Below, piece by piece: positions 50,985 to 64,000 of a stretch of 64,000 nt of DNA (position 1 is the stretch's first letter; every line of letters starts with the position of its first letter). The notes beneath the pieces are model-generated. The model made no database searches. It was not told the origin of the DNA and saw nothing but the letters and a program-made list of their open reading frames with translations. The stretch is from Zygnema circumcarinatum SAG 698-1b (Eukaryota; Plantae; Zygnematophyceae): contig CM074821.1 in the NCBI GenBank assembly GCA_037447605.1, positions 1,922,001-1,986,000 on the forward strand, read 5' to 3'. The position numbers and the translations under genes are program-made.

Positions 50985-53935
50985 TTCCATATTTTAAATG
51001 CCAGAAAAAAAGTTTTTGTAAAATTATATGGCTAAAGCCATAGTAGAGATTAAATGTTTTTTTTTTTAGGAATTGGAGCAAAAAAGGAATTGAAAATTGG
51101 GAATTGCAAAATGTGCCTTGTTTTTTTATTGTTTGATTGAAAATTGAAATAAAATCTGAACATAATTTTTATGCTCACTCAGAAATCAATATGATTCCTA
51201 CCCTCTCCCTACGTCACATTGTAGACTTCTCCTTCGTCTTTCCTTGGTCCCTCGTTCTTCACCCTCTATTCTGAAAAACCCCTCCCTTTGTAGTGCATCT
51301 TTCACAATTTTAGAACCACGCTTTATACTCGGAGATTCTAAGAGTTCTACAAAATTAGCTCACCGTTGTGCGTTCCTGGAGAAGGTTATCATATGACCAT
51401 TAGGCTTTCTTGCCTTGTCACTGATGATGGCAAAGAGAAACTTGCCGACAAACTTGACGTGCATAAAATCACATGCCTAGTATTTTTTTGCCCTCCCTGT
51501 GCCTCAATTTTTTGTCGATAATCATGTCCACTTTTATTCTCCTCTCTCTCCTCCTCCTACGTGCTTTCTTCAACTCTTCAACCTCACACATCAGCTTCTT
51601 AACTTTTTTTTCGAGCCCTTTGGTTTTTGCTATTAAGTCTACCTGATCTACCACCACCTCTTTGTCTCTCTTACAACTATTCTTAATATTAGAGAGGGTC
51701 TTGCCTTTGGTCTTGGGTGGAGGAGGAATCTCAGGAGGGACGTATCTATATAAGAAGCATCCAAAATACAAGCAATTTCAAATAAAGCTTAGAACTTAGA
51801 CTTGAATTTATGAAAAGATTACACCTTTATAAAGAATCAAACGAGAAAATAAAAGGTGCAAGTGGAGATGATTTCATATAAAACTGACTTTGATTAGCAA
51901 GAGAGAGAGTGGGGGAGAACGAAGAGCCAAGGAGTGGAAGGGATGAAAAAAGTAGGAAGAAAGTGGATACCTCATCCCATGATAGTCTCTTGTTTAGTTA
52001 AGGACACGAACTTAGTAACCTCACACACTCTCTTACATTCGCGTTCGTACATCTTCAAGACTTAACTTTTTGCGCACTCGCACGCACATCTGTGTCTGCA
52101 TACTCGAAATGTTGAATCGCGCTGCACCTTAGAACTTTTACAGAACAAATGTTTGCACGACCAACCTTGTCACTTTTTGTTCGCGTCTAGTTCCTTATTT
52201 GCTAGAGACTATGCGCCAAATGTTGTACAACCTCTAGTCCTGTACAACATGTACTATATATTCTACATGCCAGAAAGCTTTTGCAAAACTGTGACTAGAG
52301 TCATAGTAAAGATTAAATGTTTTTTTTTTTAGGAATTGGAGCAAAAAAGGAATTGAAAATTAGGGATTGCGAAATGTGCCTTGTTTCTTTATTGTTCGAT
52401 TAAGAAATTCAACTGAAAAAAAAATTGAACATAATTTCTATGCCTACTTAGAAACCAATATGACTCTTACCCTCTCTCTACGTCTTATTGTAGACTTCTC
52501 CTTTGTCTTTCCTTTGTCCCTCGTTCTTCACCCTCTATTCTGGAAAAGCCCTTCCCTTCGTAGTGCATCCTTTGCAATTTTAGAACCACGCTCTATACTC
52601 GGAGATTCCAAGAGTTCTATAAAAGTAGCTAACCGTTGTGCGTTCTTAGAGAAGGTTATTATATAACCGTTAGGCTTTCTTGCCTTTTCACTAATGACAG
52701 CAAAAAGGAACTTGTAAGGGCAAGAGAATAATTGACAGGTGATTTTATGCACGTCAAGTTTGTTGCAGAGCCCTTAACTCAAACCCTCACTCTGAACCCT
52801 AACATTAACCCTGAATTTATGTTGTAGACTAAAAAAAAAATACAATAATGCAAATATGAGTGATGCATAAAGACAAACTAACCTTGTTACATTCTCCTTT
52901 TTTTGGTACATGTAGAAATCTCTAGTGTCCAGCATTCCATTACGCTCTCCCTTGCTTATGATTACTTCATTGAGCCTTGAGCAAGCCGAAACAAACTCTT
53001 TCAGTACGGCTTTAAGAATCAACAAAATGGAAAGCCCAAAGCACTTCTAAAAAGACCTAAAGAGGAACGAGGAAAACAAGAAATTATAAGGGAAAATAAT
53101 TGAATATTTATGTGAGTTTTTAGAAAAATATGAAATATGTATAAAAAAAGAGTATTTAGGGTTTTTAAGGTTTTGCATATCTTAAAAAATGTTGTTATTG
53201 GACTTTTAATATTAATCTGCATTCATTAAATAAAATTCATGATCATTGTTGATTCATTGTTCTATATTCTTCCATGATAGCAGAGAAGGTTTTTTTTTTT
53301 TAAAGGCTTGCTAAATGCTGAGAAATAAGCATTACATATCTCTATTTCTTACTTCTATGTTGCCTTAAACTAGGGAATTCGTTTCATTTTGAGGCTAGCT
53401 CACTTCATCAAAAATATGGAATCCTACAATTTCCAACTACAATCACAATCACTATACTTCTCTCTCTTTTCCTCTTATGTACTTTTTTAAGCTCTTTTAC
53501 CTCACACGTCAACTTCTTTACTTGGTCCTTGAACCTTTTAATTTTTTTTATCAGATCTACTTGACCTACCACTGCTATGACTCTTTAGAACTATTCTTAA
53601 TATTGCAGAGGGTCTTGCCCCTGGGGTCTTGGGTGGAGAAGGAATCTTAAAAGGGATGTATCTATATACGAAGCATCCAAAGTACAAGCAATTTCAAATA
53701 AAGCTTAGAACTTAGACTTGAATTTATGAAAAGTTTTTACTTTTATAGAGAATGGAAAAAGAAAATATAAGGTGCAAGTATTTCGCCCTCCTTTGCTCGC
53801 CAATTAGGTAAAAAATCTTTATTACACGGTTTACAATTAAGGGAGAAATGAGAACCAAAGAACAGAAGGGATGAAAAAAATAAGAAGGAAGTAGATACTT
53901 CATCCCATGATAGTCTCTTGTTTGGTTGAAGACAT
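50985..53935. repeat. AT-rich region built from diverged internal duplications
   Basis: ~50995-51470 recurs at ~52265-52760; ~51560-52005 recurs at ~53455-53935. Confidence 0.8.
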
Positions 53936-54608
53936 GACGTGTATGATGAAAGTCTTCTTTTAAAGAGTTCACATTCACCTTTTGTCATCCCTCTTTACAA
54001 AAAGAAACGTGAGTATTAACTTATAGTTATAAGACTCATACAGCCCTCCTCTCTTGCTTGCAACCAAGAGAAAGAGAAAAAGAGCCTAATCATTGCTCTA
54101 ATCATTGAACTGCTATGATTCTTGAAAACGTCCAAAAAAAAAACCTAAATCCTCAAATATAATGTATCAGCGGCGAGCCACGCAAACATCACCGATGTAC
54201 TAAATTGGATAAAAGGTTTTATATGACTCGAATAAAATTTTAACTTATTTGCAAATATGTTGTAGTTTTTTTCTCATTCCTTTTAAGCCAGCCCTCACCC
54301 CGGTCGCCACCAAATGGTAAAGGCACCGAAGACCACTTAAGGCCAGAAAGGTCTTAAAATCAAACCTTGCAAATATAACACAAAAGTTTGATACAAGAGC
54401 AACAACATTGTGCCGCTAATATGATGGGTTGGCAAAGTAGTCGCCCATCGACCATATCTCTCCTACGTTTTAGAATGTATGATGCTCTTGTATATACGAA
54501 GCAACTTAACCTCAGATGTTTAGTACAATTGCAATTTATTGATAAAACATCGAAGATCCTCTAAGGCCGCGAACAGTCTTATATAGCGAAACTACACTTA
54601 GGTTCAAT

Positions 54609-54791
54609 TGTAACGAAACGCTATACATGTGTTGTATGGCCTAGTACTTACATCCGCGGTTGCCTTTTAATGGTAAAGCACTGGTGTGGGTACCGGGGGG
54701 TCTTGTGTTCGAACCCTGCCAGGGGCGGGTTTGTTACATTGGTATCAGAGCAGCCTGCCAGGGGGCAGGTTGTTACATTGGTATCAGAGCC
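54609..54791 (+). mobile_element. Miniature LTR (130 bp) containing a tRNA-like sequence, followed by a duplicated LTR end and PBS (TRIM-like)
   Basis: TGTAAC (54609) ... GTTACA (54738), then TGGTATCAGAGC at 54740 and again at 54779; internal TGGTAAAGC and GTTCGAACCC boxes. Confidence 0.7.
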
Positions 54792-54953
54792 TAGTGCCCG
54801 GTATTTGTAATCCACCCTAAAAACACCGTGATCTCTGAGCATGGTACGGGAACCCGTTCCTTAGTGGCCTGAGGGGCTAAGGTCGTAGTCCATGTGTTGA
54901 AGGAGCTTGAACGCTGCTCGTGAAAACCCTTGAGTGCGCTCGANNNNNNNNNN

Positions 54954-55410
54954 AATCACAGTTTGACACGTCATTGATGCAGCACGCGGCAGTTGGTGAT
55001 TGGTTCAAGCTCTTAATGTACGGAATGTCGACTCTCCTTAAGCTGCGTCCGTACGAAATTTTGTACAAACCGTTGAACCATCTTGGTTGGGACACGTGGG
55101 AGTGTGCCATTCGCTGGGACAGAGCACGGATGCTGATCGAACGGTAGCCTGCCGTGGTGCGATCTGTTCGAGAATCGACGGCGGAGATTTATGACACGTG
55201 TAAAGGACGGCCACCCACGAACGATCTCGTGGCGGGCGGATCTTCCGCTCCGAGCGGATTCGGGCAGGCCAATATTGTTTTAAGAGGTAAAATCTGCCCC
55301 ACCCCGAGGTCGGTATCGACTCCAAAAAGGTATGAAAAAAAAGGTGAAAAAAAAAGAGGTGACAAAAAAAAAGGTGTGAAAAGGTGTGTTTCTTTTTTGT
55401 CTATTTTAAA
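54954..55410. mobile_element. Fragment related to the right subterminal region of the GGTAGTG TIR family
   Basis: GAACGATCTCG.GGCGG...GGATTCGGGCAGGCC and TTTTTTGTCTA.TTTAAAATCTGCCC shared with 17540-17755. Confidence 0.55.
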
Positions 55411-56128
55411 ATCTGCCCAATGAAAAAAGGTCTGTGTGTAGACAAAAAAGGTGTGAGAATTGAATTTTCCTAAAAAAATTCCAAGAAGCGTCCGTAGGAA
55501 ACCGTACAAAACCAAAACTAATTTTTTTCCGAAATGGAAAATCTGCAACGAGAAAGAAAGGGAAATCCAGGCGTCGAAACTTGCCCCGTCAGCACCTATC
55601 CAGGCCGTATATCCGAAGGTCCTCGTACACTCGCCACCTGGCAGAGCGGATTTGCCACGTGTCGAGTCATTTTAGTCGAGTTGATCGAGACAGAGCCGAC
55701 TGTCGACACGTGGCAAGTCCGCCGTGCCTGGTGGCGAGCGCAGAGCACCTCCGAGATCATCGTACGGCCTCGATCGGTGCTGTCGGGGCAAGCTTCGACG
55801 CATGGATTTCCTATTCATTTTACATTTCGGTGGACCCACCATGTGGATCGTAAATCTTGACTCTGGAATCTTTTGTCCCAGGGCTACAGTACTTGTTCGG
55901 GGAGGGATTCTCCTGCCCTTCAACTTTCTGCCCTGGAAGTTGAAAGTGCTCTTGAATTTTGTCCTGCCTCTTCCTAAACTTCTCTCTCACTCTCTCCCTC
56001 TCCCTCTCCCTCGTCTCTCTCTCCCCCTCATGCTGATGCAGGCAAGGCCCTGATACCAGGTTGTGGGAGGGAGAAGGTGCCTCTCCCTGCAGTTTTGAGC
56101 CAGGAGGGAGTCTCTCTCATACGCATCC

Positions 56129-58932
56129 ATGGATGCCGTGGGAATGAAAGCTATAGGCCTTCATAGGGTGGGAGCTTCCTTCTCGAATCTTTCTTCTCCC
56201 GCTTCAACTAAGTGCCGCTTAGATCCTCCCTGGAACCCGCTCAGTGACAGGGAAGACACGCTGTTGTCCTCGCCTTGCGGTTCCAGCTGGGTGAGGGCAT
56301 GCTCACTGCGAGATGCAGGCCTTTGCGGAAGGAGGCTTTCAAGATCAAGCAGCAGTAGCAGCAGCAGCAGCGCCTCCTTGGTCTGCGGTGAAGGCTGTAG
56401 CTCAGAAGGCAAGAAATCTGCGCTGAATTCCCAGTGCCTCCTGCTTTGTGCTTTCCCGATAGGGTTTGAGCGTGTGCTCGGAGCGAAAGCTCCGGCAGCT
56501 GCCACTGGGAGGAGGGAGGACGAGGCAGCGGCCTCTTGCAGGCCCTCCGCAAGTTTCAGTGACGCCATTGACAGCTCCGCACTACGACGCGGAGGAGTGG
56601 CGTGTCTGGGATCTGGAGAATGAGCTTCTGCGGCTCAAGAAGCTTCTGACGGAGCTGAGAGCCGCTCAGTCTGCGGAAGAACGAAATGCTATTCTCAATC
56701 GAGATGCGAGAGTGCGCCGCGTTTTTGGAGAATGCGACGGCTATTGCTGGAATTTTGGGAGCAGCCCGCTTAGGCCTGTAGCAGCACTTGCATTGTCGGT
56801 GCTGCAAGAGTCTGATCTCCGCCTTATTAAGCTGCTTGCTGCCTGTGGCCAGCAGCATCTGCTGACTGGACCTTTTGGCCGGACGAAATCACTATCCATC
56901 AGGTTGGCAAAAATCTTGCCCAGAAATTATTGCAGCAGTATTGTCTTGCTGAAGGTTCTGTGTTCATCTTGATCTTGCTAAAGTTTCAATGGTCAGTCTG
57001 AGGTAAAAGCTGTCCTGCCTAACCCTAATTGACTTTCTGTTTTCTCTTTTTCGTGTTGCTGCCTTGGAGCATGCAGACGCCCGACGGCTCTTTCCTTGAT
57101 CTTAATCGCAATGCGGCGGAGCTTTTCACCCCTTGCGGACTCACCTTGCCAGTTGTAAGTGCTCTTGCTTGATGGCAGCTTCCAAAATTTTGAAGCAGTT
57201 TTGAACCCTCAGCGGATACCTGGCTAGAGTTCTTAACTATGAACCAAAGCACATCGCAAATTTTAATTTTGTAATGGAATGGCTCATTTTTTGGACTGAT
57301 GGAGAGTAATCAATGCTACCTTCATGATCCACCTCCGTCTATTGTTCTTTTCCACCCAGCACTGGGGCCTCTTTGGGATGTCATACGCCCAAAGGTGAGC
57401 TATTTTTCTGAACGCACTGCCGCACCGTCGATTCACTACCGAAATTAAATATTTCATATTCCAGCTTTTCATGCTGAGTGAAGGAGGAATGTTTTTGGGG
57501 TATTGCAGCAGTTCTGTCCTGATCACTGTTCATATGTTGCTCCTGGGGGATCACATTATCTCCAGCTGGCACATGATGTAGGAGAATCTGACAGTAGTCT
57601 ATGGTAAGGAAATTTTCAGTTCAGGCGGTCTTACAGTGTTATCGCTGTAATCGCTAATGCGATGACAAAACATAGTATAGGATCCCGAAACTGCATTGCT
57701 TCTCCATGCATCTGAACACCTATCTGCAGCGTTGATGCACTCTGCCCCCAAGAACGTATGCATAAGTCCAGTGAGACAGGACGGAGAGACATTGGTGATT
57801 AAAAGAGCATGTTTGCGGGCCGCAGGTGCACGGCAGCCTGCTGGTGCATGCCCAGAACGTGTTTTGGGGATGTGGAGGAAACAGATGGGGAGCAGTTGCT
57901 TCGATATGGACAAAGGTGTTGTCGTTGTCTCCTCCTGTTTGATGGGTGTATATCTACTTCCATGATGGAGCTTTTGGATCCACGAGGTGCCTGGAAGGTC
58001 ATGGACAAGATCTGCTTGTGCATGATGATGATCGCCCAGTTGAGCAACTTCCTCCACATTTTGTACGGCAAGCTTTAGGGTTAGTCAGAGCTTGACCGTT
58101 CCTCACCGTATAAAGAAAAATTGCTCTCACTTTCTTTTCAGCGTTCTGTTCGTAGACTCCACTGCAGACAACTGAGGACCATTCACCACGCTGAGGAAGT
58201 GCTTAAAAACATAGCCCTGAAGCTGACCTGTAGGAGCCAATGAAAGACTGCCAGCTGCCCCTCTGACTGTGAATGAATCTTGTTGCCTTTGACAGATGTG
58301 GACGCTGCCGGTTAGAGCGGGTGACGGTTCGCAACCAAGGAGTGGATTGGGAATCCGAGGGAAGCGTGTTGTGGCAGCAGAAAGTTCATCGACGGGAAGT
58401 TGGTCACATTGTGCTGCACGGAGATGCAGAATTCGATGCGCGAGATGTGACTTTAGAGGTATGGTTTACTCTTCTCTGCATAGCTGCATTTATTTGAGTG
58501 TGTTTCCTTGAAAGCCATGGATTGCTATCCTCTAATGGAACATTGTTCTGTAGTTGTTTCATATGAATCACGGTCCCTTAGGCAGACAAACGTATTGTAA
58601 ACATTGAAAAACTCTATACAGCCAAGCTGGCAACTTGTCTGAGTGGCAATAGGCAATCCAGCAATTCTTGTCATATAGAAATTAGTGTTTGTAATTATGT
58701 CAGGAGAGCCAGCCTTAAGTTGTTGATTTGTGACGTTTCATGTCGACTTTTGTTGCTCTGTTGGCATTTATTTTTGAGGTTCTTCCCCACAAGCAGTTGA
58801 AGTCCCTTCCAATCTGTCGTAACAAGCGAACCTCAGTTCAAGAAGGCTGATGTCCCTCTGTCTGGGTTCAGGGATCGCATGTATTTGAAATCCCAGCAGG
58901 CCACCGATTACGACTTAGCAGTGGAACCACAG
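56129..58932 (+). pseudogene. UGP3: Chloroplast UDP-glucose pyrophosphorylase 3-like gene lacking its catalytic core
   Basis: N-terminal segment ELLRLKKL...LIKLLAACGQQHLL, then C-terminal exons TPDGSFLDLNRNA (57077-57154), PPPSIVLFHPALGPLWDV (57299-57394), VHGSLLVHAQN...GEQLLRYG (57826-57915, +1 frameshift), CGRCRL..V.VRNQGVDW...LHGDAEFDA (58296-58458) and GSHVFEIPAGH (58872-58932). Confidence 0.75.
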
Positions 58933-60199
58933 GTTCGTTAGAGCCTCCGCTTTCATCCCATCCCGTGTCAGAGTTCGCTTGCGTAAGCAGGGTGAAATAA
59001 AAGGGCAGTCTTTGTAAAGCTTGTACTGTACTGATAGCAGTGTTTGCTTTTGCAGAAGGTACAGAAAGCATAATTTAGGTTGGGTTGTCCATGGAAGTGG
59101 AGATGCCGTGAAGCTTCTCATTCGGTCGTTTGGCACGTAGAAACGTCGAGCTTCGGTTGTTTCTAACATGTTATTTGGAAGGAGGGCGGCAGGCTTCCAA
59201 AGGATCCTTGAACCTCTTCAACACGATAAGGACTCCATCCCTCGTTCATCATGGGAGTTGCATTATCACATTTTGGTGGAAAGCTCTGTCAAGCTTCGTC
59301 TAAATTAGGAGATGTGCAGCTGAAGATTCTGATGTACGGATTTTGTAAAACAAGAGCTGAGCGTTTTTCTTTGTTTAGTGGAGGCTTGGTGATACATTGA
59401 AGGCTTCGTACTTTGCAGCTGCATAGCACGACAGCCAAATGGCAGAACTGCCGCTCTCTTCTTCCTCCTCCGTTTCGTTTTTCGAAACTCGCTGTCAACA
59501 CCATTGTGAAATTCTCTTCTTCTCTCCCACACCGATCCAATGTTTGCTACGCTTTTGACACTTTATTACCCGAGACGACGAGGGAAACAGAATCGACATC
59601 CCGTTCATTGAAAGCAAGGCCGTTCAAGCAACTCCTCATTTCTTAAGTAGTGTCCCGTTAAACCCAAAAGTTGATCTTGGTCGGATCCACATCCGAGCAT
59701 GTCCAATTGAGAGCACCACCGATGTGGGACCCAAGCTCAAGACGTCCTCGCACACAACACTCAGTCACCCCTGCCTGCCCATCCCCATGCTCTCACGACT
59801 TATTTCAATACACAACCAGAGATGATGGCCTCAAGGGATGGACGTCAGTGGACGTAAAAGTGCAAATTGAAGCTGCAACAGCGACCTGAAATAGAACCTT
59901 CCTAATGCGACATTACAGTTCAGTTCAGTTTAAGTTCAGCTCCGTTCAGTACAGAACACTAGCAAACAGATATTCCATGCCCACGTTTGGTTGGCATGAT
60001 GCTGGCGCCAACCGGACAGACAGTGCCCGTCAGTGCTTGTCGTCGTGGGCGACAGTAATTTTGACGGCTTGAAACAGGCTCCATCTCGATGAAGTCAAGA
60101 AATCATGATATAGCAATGGGCACGCTAATGTCAATCTCTGATTTCCACAACCTTATTTAGGTTATTGCGTTTGTTTTGGTGATTGAATAGAAGAAGGTC

Positions 60200-63100
60200 T
60201 CACATTGTTTGTGGGAAGAGCCGTGATATTTTTTCAAAGACATCCATCACCTGTAGAGAACCCATCCCCCCAAACATTTGCATAGGCGATCTCAGCACGT
60301 CTGCATTGGTGGCGATCCTATTTACTGGGTTGACCCGAGTTCTGGCGGATGCTGGAGGGACTTCGCGAGATTCATATGGTCACTCATTCCTGATCCATTG
60401 CCTCTTAGAAAAGCAAGACAAAGACAGGCGCGGAGTAACTTCCAATAACGGTCTACAATGGGTCCCGTCAGCGATCACCGGTTGCAGGAGGAGGGGTCAA
60501 AATGAGTGATATCTTAGTCTTATTCTGAGTCAGCTGCCAAGGCCACACGATAGGAGAGGCCTTCCCACCTCTTTGTCGTTGATGTACTTAAATTGGTTGG
60601 CGGGATTTTGTGCGCACTGCAAGACCCCTCACAACACCCGAGACATGAGAACTAGAGAAAAACAGCTTACGATTACGCAGTAATTACGATTCGCAAACCA
60701 AACAAACAGAAAAAGTAATGGGCAGGTCGGCTGTAAAGGGATGAGGAAATGCCAAAAAAGAATCAAGCCAAGGCAAGCAGAAGAGAAATCACCCACCTCC
60801 AGAATTGCCATTTGAATCTTTGGGTTCTGAAAGGCCATGGCCACCTCTGGGTCCGACATGATGGTCTTTATGGCTTCTTCAGGAGTCACCCCCATCGTCT
60901 CTGCAGGGAAGCCCTCACAGCTTGCCCTTCAGCGCAAATCCGCGGCCCCACTTAACTGTGGCATGGAACTCGGCATTGGGCAGGTTCGAAGCGAGACCTA
61001 CCGAACTGCTGCGCGAGGTCGGGGCTCTTCAGGTCGAACTGCCGCAGCATGTCCGCCATCTGCGGGCCGTACTCGCCGTCGGTGAGGGAGCTTCTGCAAA
61101 GCCCACCCGACATCCAACTAATAAGAGGGAGGCAGTGGAAAGGAAATTATTCTAAACGGCGAGCAGTGTCTGCAACAGACCAAACATAGAGGATCTACAC
61201 TTGTAATCGAATGGGGAGGCTATGCAACGATTGTGGTACATATTTAATCGCTTTTTATCTCTCCAAACCGATGAAACAACAGCAGGTGGCGTCGCAAGGT
61301 GGGCATTGAAGTTAGAACTAGGTTGGCATGGACATGTGTCACTGGATAAAAGGAAGGTTCCCAGACAGGATCCATACATCTCCTATGTTTTCATCATACT
61401 CCAAACGAATGAAACTCCAAAGGCAGCAACCAAATGACCTGCGCCAATTCGACTCAGTGAAATGGGTGGATCTACCAACAGATAGTGAGTACACTTACAA
61501 CTGTTCCTCAATTTTCCGTCGCATCTCTGGATTTTTCAAGTACCCTGCATTCATGAGAATCCCACTGATGCCTTCATCGAATCTGGACAGGGTTAACCTT
61601 ACAGAGATTAACTTTACTCTCGCTGTTCAGCAGCATTGCCTTAGTCCCTTTTTTTGCTGAAACTTACTGCAGCCAAACTCCACTCTGAAAAGGAAACAGC
61701 TGCGCAATTTCCCAGAGTTATCCATTAGCCCTTTCATGCGGACAAAGTGTCCCCTATCAATGTTTTCCATATCCGCCATCCTCGTTATGCACCACCGAAA
61801 CAGGCTCGCAATCGAAGATTCCCGTTCCTTAGTTTTTTAAAGAGTGGGAGTGCAGACCGTACACTTGATGGTTTCCGGGTTGCGCATGTGCTCCGGTACA
61901 TACCTGCACCCCCCCCCCCTCGTACGGACCGCTCAACACCTTGTCCTGAAAGGTGCAAAAGCAAAGCCCCTTCTTGCTGGTGGAGTCCAAAGCATCAGTA
62001 ACCAGTTGAACTGCTGCTACTTTCAAAAGTTTACAGAACGGAGACTGCATGAAGGCAGGCAGTTGTGGCAGGTACACACTGCAGGACGAGGTTCTGAATG
62101 GCGGGCGTGTCCAGCATCTGCTCAAGCTGCTCGATGGTCACGCGCGCACTCTCACTCGACTTGCCTGCGGCCCAATGTCCCCCAAAACTTCTCTTCTTGA
62201 GATGACTGCTGCCCCTTTCAGGTTCACATAAACATGCAGAGGAACCCAGACTTGAAAAACTCACGAATTCACCAAATGTAGACGTTGAGAAACAAAAGCC
62301 CTCACCATTCCCATTCCCATTCCCATTGCTGCCGCTGCCGGCGTATCCCGACCAGCCGGCCCAACTGCCGGCCTTGTCATCCACCACCTGCCCCGCAGGA
62401 GGAAGGACTCACCCTAACAAGTCAATGCGATAGTCAAACAGCGCGAACGAGTATGGATTCATGGCATAAGCAGACGAACACAATTGCCTGACATGGAGGT
62501 CCGTTGTCTCTGAACAGCGGGTTTCACATTGTTTTAATTATGGAAACAACATTTTGCGAGAGGACGAATCCTACCCCGGGGTATGATGAAAGTTACGATC
62601 TTTAAGTACACCTCGAAGCTCCGCTACATTTCCTTTTCACAAAAAACTACAAGAGGTGCATTGCTAGCCTTGAAAGGGTGCATTCTGCGCCATGTATCTT
62701 ATCATATAACTTGTGAACGACCCTAATAAACGATCATTCATAGGCAAGAGAAAGGCTGACCTCCGTGTCTTGAAAGAAGCGCTTCTTGGAATCCTTCTCT
62801 TGCTGCTTGGAAGGTGCAGCACCGGCATCGGAGGGGGCGGTAGATGCGTCCGCCGCCTTCGCCTCCACGTCCCGGAAAACCGCCGCTGCTTCCACGCCCG
62901 ACACATGTAGCAAATGCGCCAACAAATCCGTTCAACGGCAGTCCTTTCCAAGTTTCCCCAGAATCCAGGATCCCAGTTGCGGGCCATTACGGACTCGGCC
63001 TGCGGAATAATGCTCTAAACAATAGAAATCGATTCAGAGAACTCCCAACACAACAAATGCAAGAGCAAGAAAGGGCCGCGCATGCACAACTTTTCTACAG

Positions 63101-63764
63101 TAGGGTCTACATGGTTGAAAATGAACAAAGAGGGCAAAACAGGGCTTACTTTGTCTTGGTGGAGGAGCAGTATTCTCAGTGGAGACTGATGTGCTGGATT
63201 GTGCAAAGGGTGAAGTTACAGGTTCTTCCCTTTTGGTGGTTGCAGGTGGTGGAGGAGGGGGGGGAGGAGTGAATGCCGCGGGAGGGGTGGGAGGGAAACC
63301 TCCTTGAGGAAATGGGGGGAAGGGAGCATTGGGTCCGAAAGGGGAGTCGGAGCCCCTCATCTGATTCATCATCTGTTCCATAGCTAATTTCTGCACATCA
63401 GAAGGGCGCCCAGCGATTACGTCAACAAGTTGTTGCATTAAAAACAGGACGACGACAAGGAGGATGTACAATCCTTCGACAGGCAAGTCTTTTCCAGAAG
63501 TTCCTTCTATCTTACTACTTCATATTGAAGTGTTTGTCGCACTACTCGAAAGTCTTTAACCAATCCCGCAAAAACAGCTCAGCTCGCTGGATTTTCTCCA
63601 GAGTGAATGGATCACTATCCTTCAGCCTTGCCAAGTTGCAAAAAGGTTTCAAGGGCATGATTTTCAACTTCTGCACTAGCAGTCACCAAGTAAGAGCCAC
63701 AACCATTGGCATCGTCGGAGTGCAGATTGCTCACCATAAGGCGTTTCTTCAACCACTCCACAGT
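60200..63764 (-). CDS. TIC40: Chloroplast inner-envelope translocon co-chaperone Tic40, 3' portion; 5' exons off window
   Basis: Exons encode KLAMEQMMNQM + Pro-rich segment (63390-63150), TIEQLEQML, EHMRNPETIK, LKNPEMRRKIEEQL, GVTPEEAIKTIMSDPEVAMAFQNPKIQMAILE (60900-60797), CAQNPANQFKYINDKE (60616-60569) and VMDVFEKISRLFPQTM* (60250-60200), i.e. the STI1/DP domains. Confidence 0.92.
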
Positions 63765-64000
63765 CTGTGTTGCAGTCGTTTGAAACCCAAACAAGCCCAA
63801 CAATGGTAACCCACGGTATCAAAATCAAGATGCGAAAGTACTAGCAAGTATATTCAAGCTCTACTGGAAAGCAACCATTGGCGTTAAACAGTCATAATCA
63901 ACCTTTCCAAGAGGGGCTTGGTCAGAAAGATAGAATTTCCCGTAGCAGAGCACTTCATGGGATGCTTGAGAACGCTCATCACTACATAGGAACCTCCAGA

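Noticed and set aside
54645-54730. Functional tRNA gene
   Set aside because: The anticodon loop is 6 nt, the T-stem pairs poorly, and it is embedded in LTR termini. Treated as tRNA-derived.

Overview
Eukaryotic, intron-rich nuclear DNA from a green plant lineage, most likely a streptophyte alga (inference). It is a draft scaffold with eight 10-N gaps; there are no prokaryotic or CRISPR features. Left to right: (1) the 5' part of an N-acylated receptor-like cytoplasmic kinase (- strand); (2) a complete 7-exon AZG-type purine permease (-); (3) a nest of non-autonomous TIR/MITE elements containing a 1.6-kb (CA)n tract; (4) a ~24-kb gene (19486-~43500, +) that the ORF track misses almost entirely; (5) nested Ty1/copia pieces, a tRNA-carrying mini-LTR and a LINE endonuclease relic; (6) an internally deleted UGP3 copy (+); (7) the 3' part of TIC40 (-). 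The centrepiece is gene (4). It encodes a signal peptide, three concatenated [LRR N-cap - 10-11 LRRs - Cys-rich/EGF-like - Pro-rich] modules and two PAN/apple-like domains, with no visible kinase. Each LRR is one 72-nt, phase-2/phase-2 exon. The introns between core LRR exons are homologous copies of one another, so the gene is an array of interchangeable ~330-nt exon+intron cassettes. Sequence variation is concentrated on the ligand-binding beta-strand, which the splice junction bisects. This is a candidate recombination- or splicing-based receptor-diversification system. All exon calls were made by eye and need transcript confirmation.
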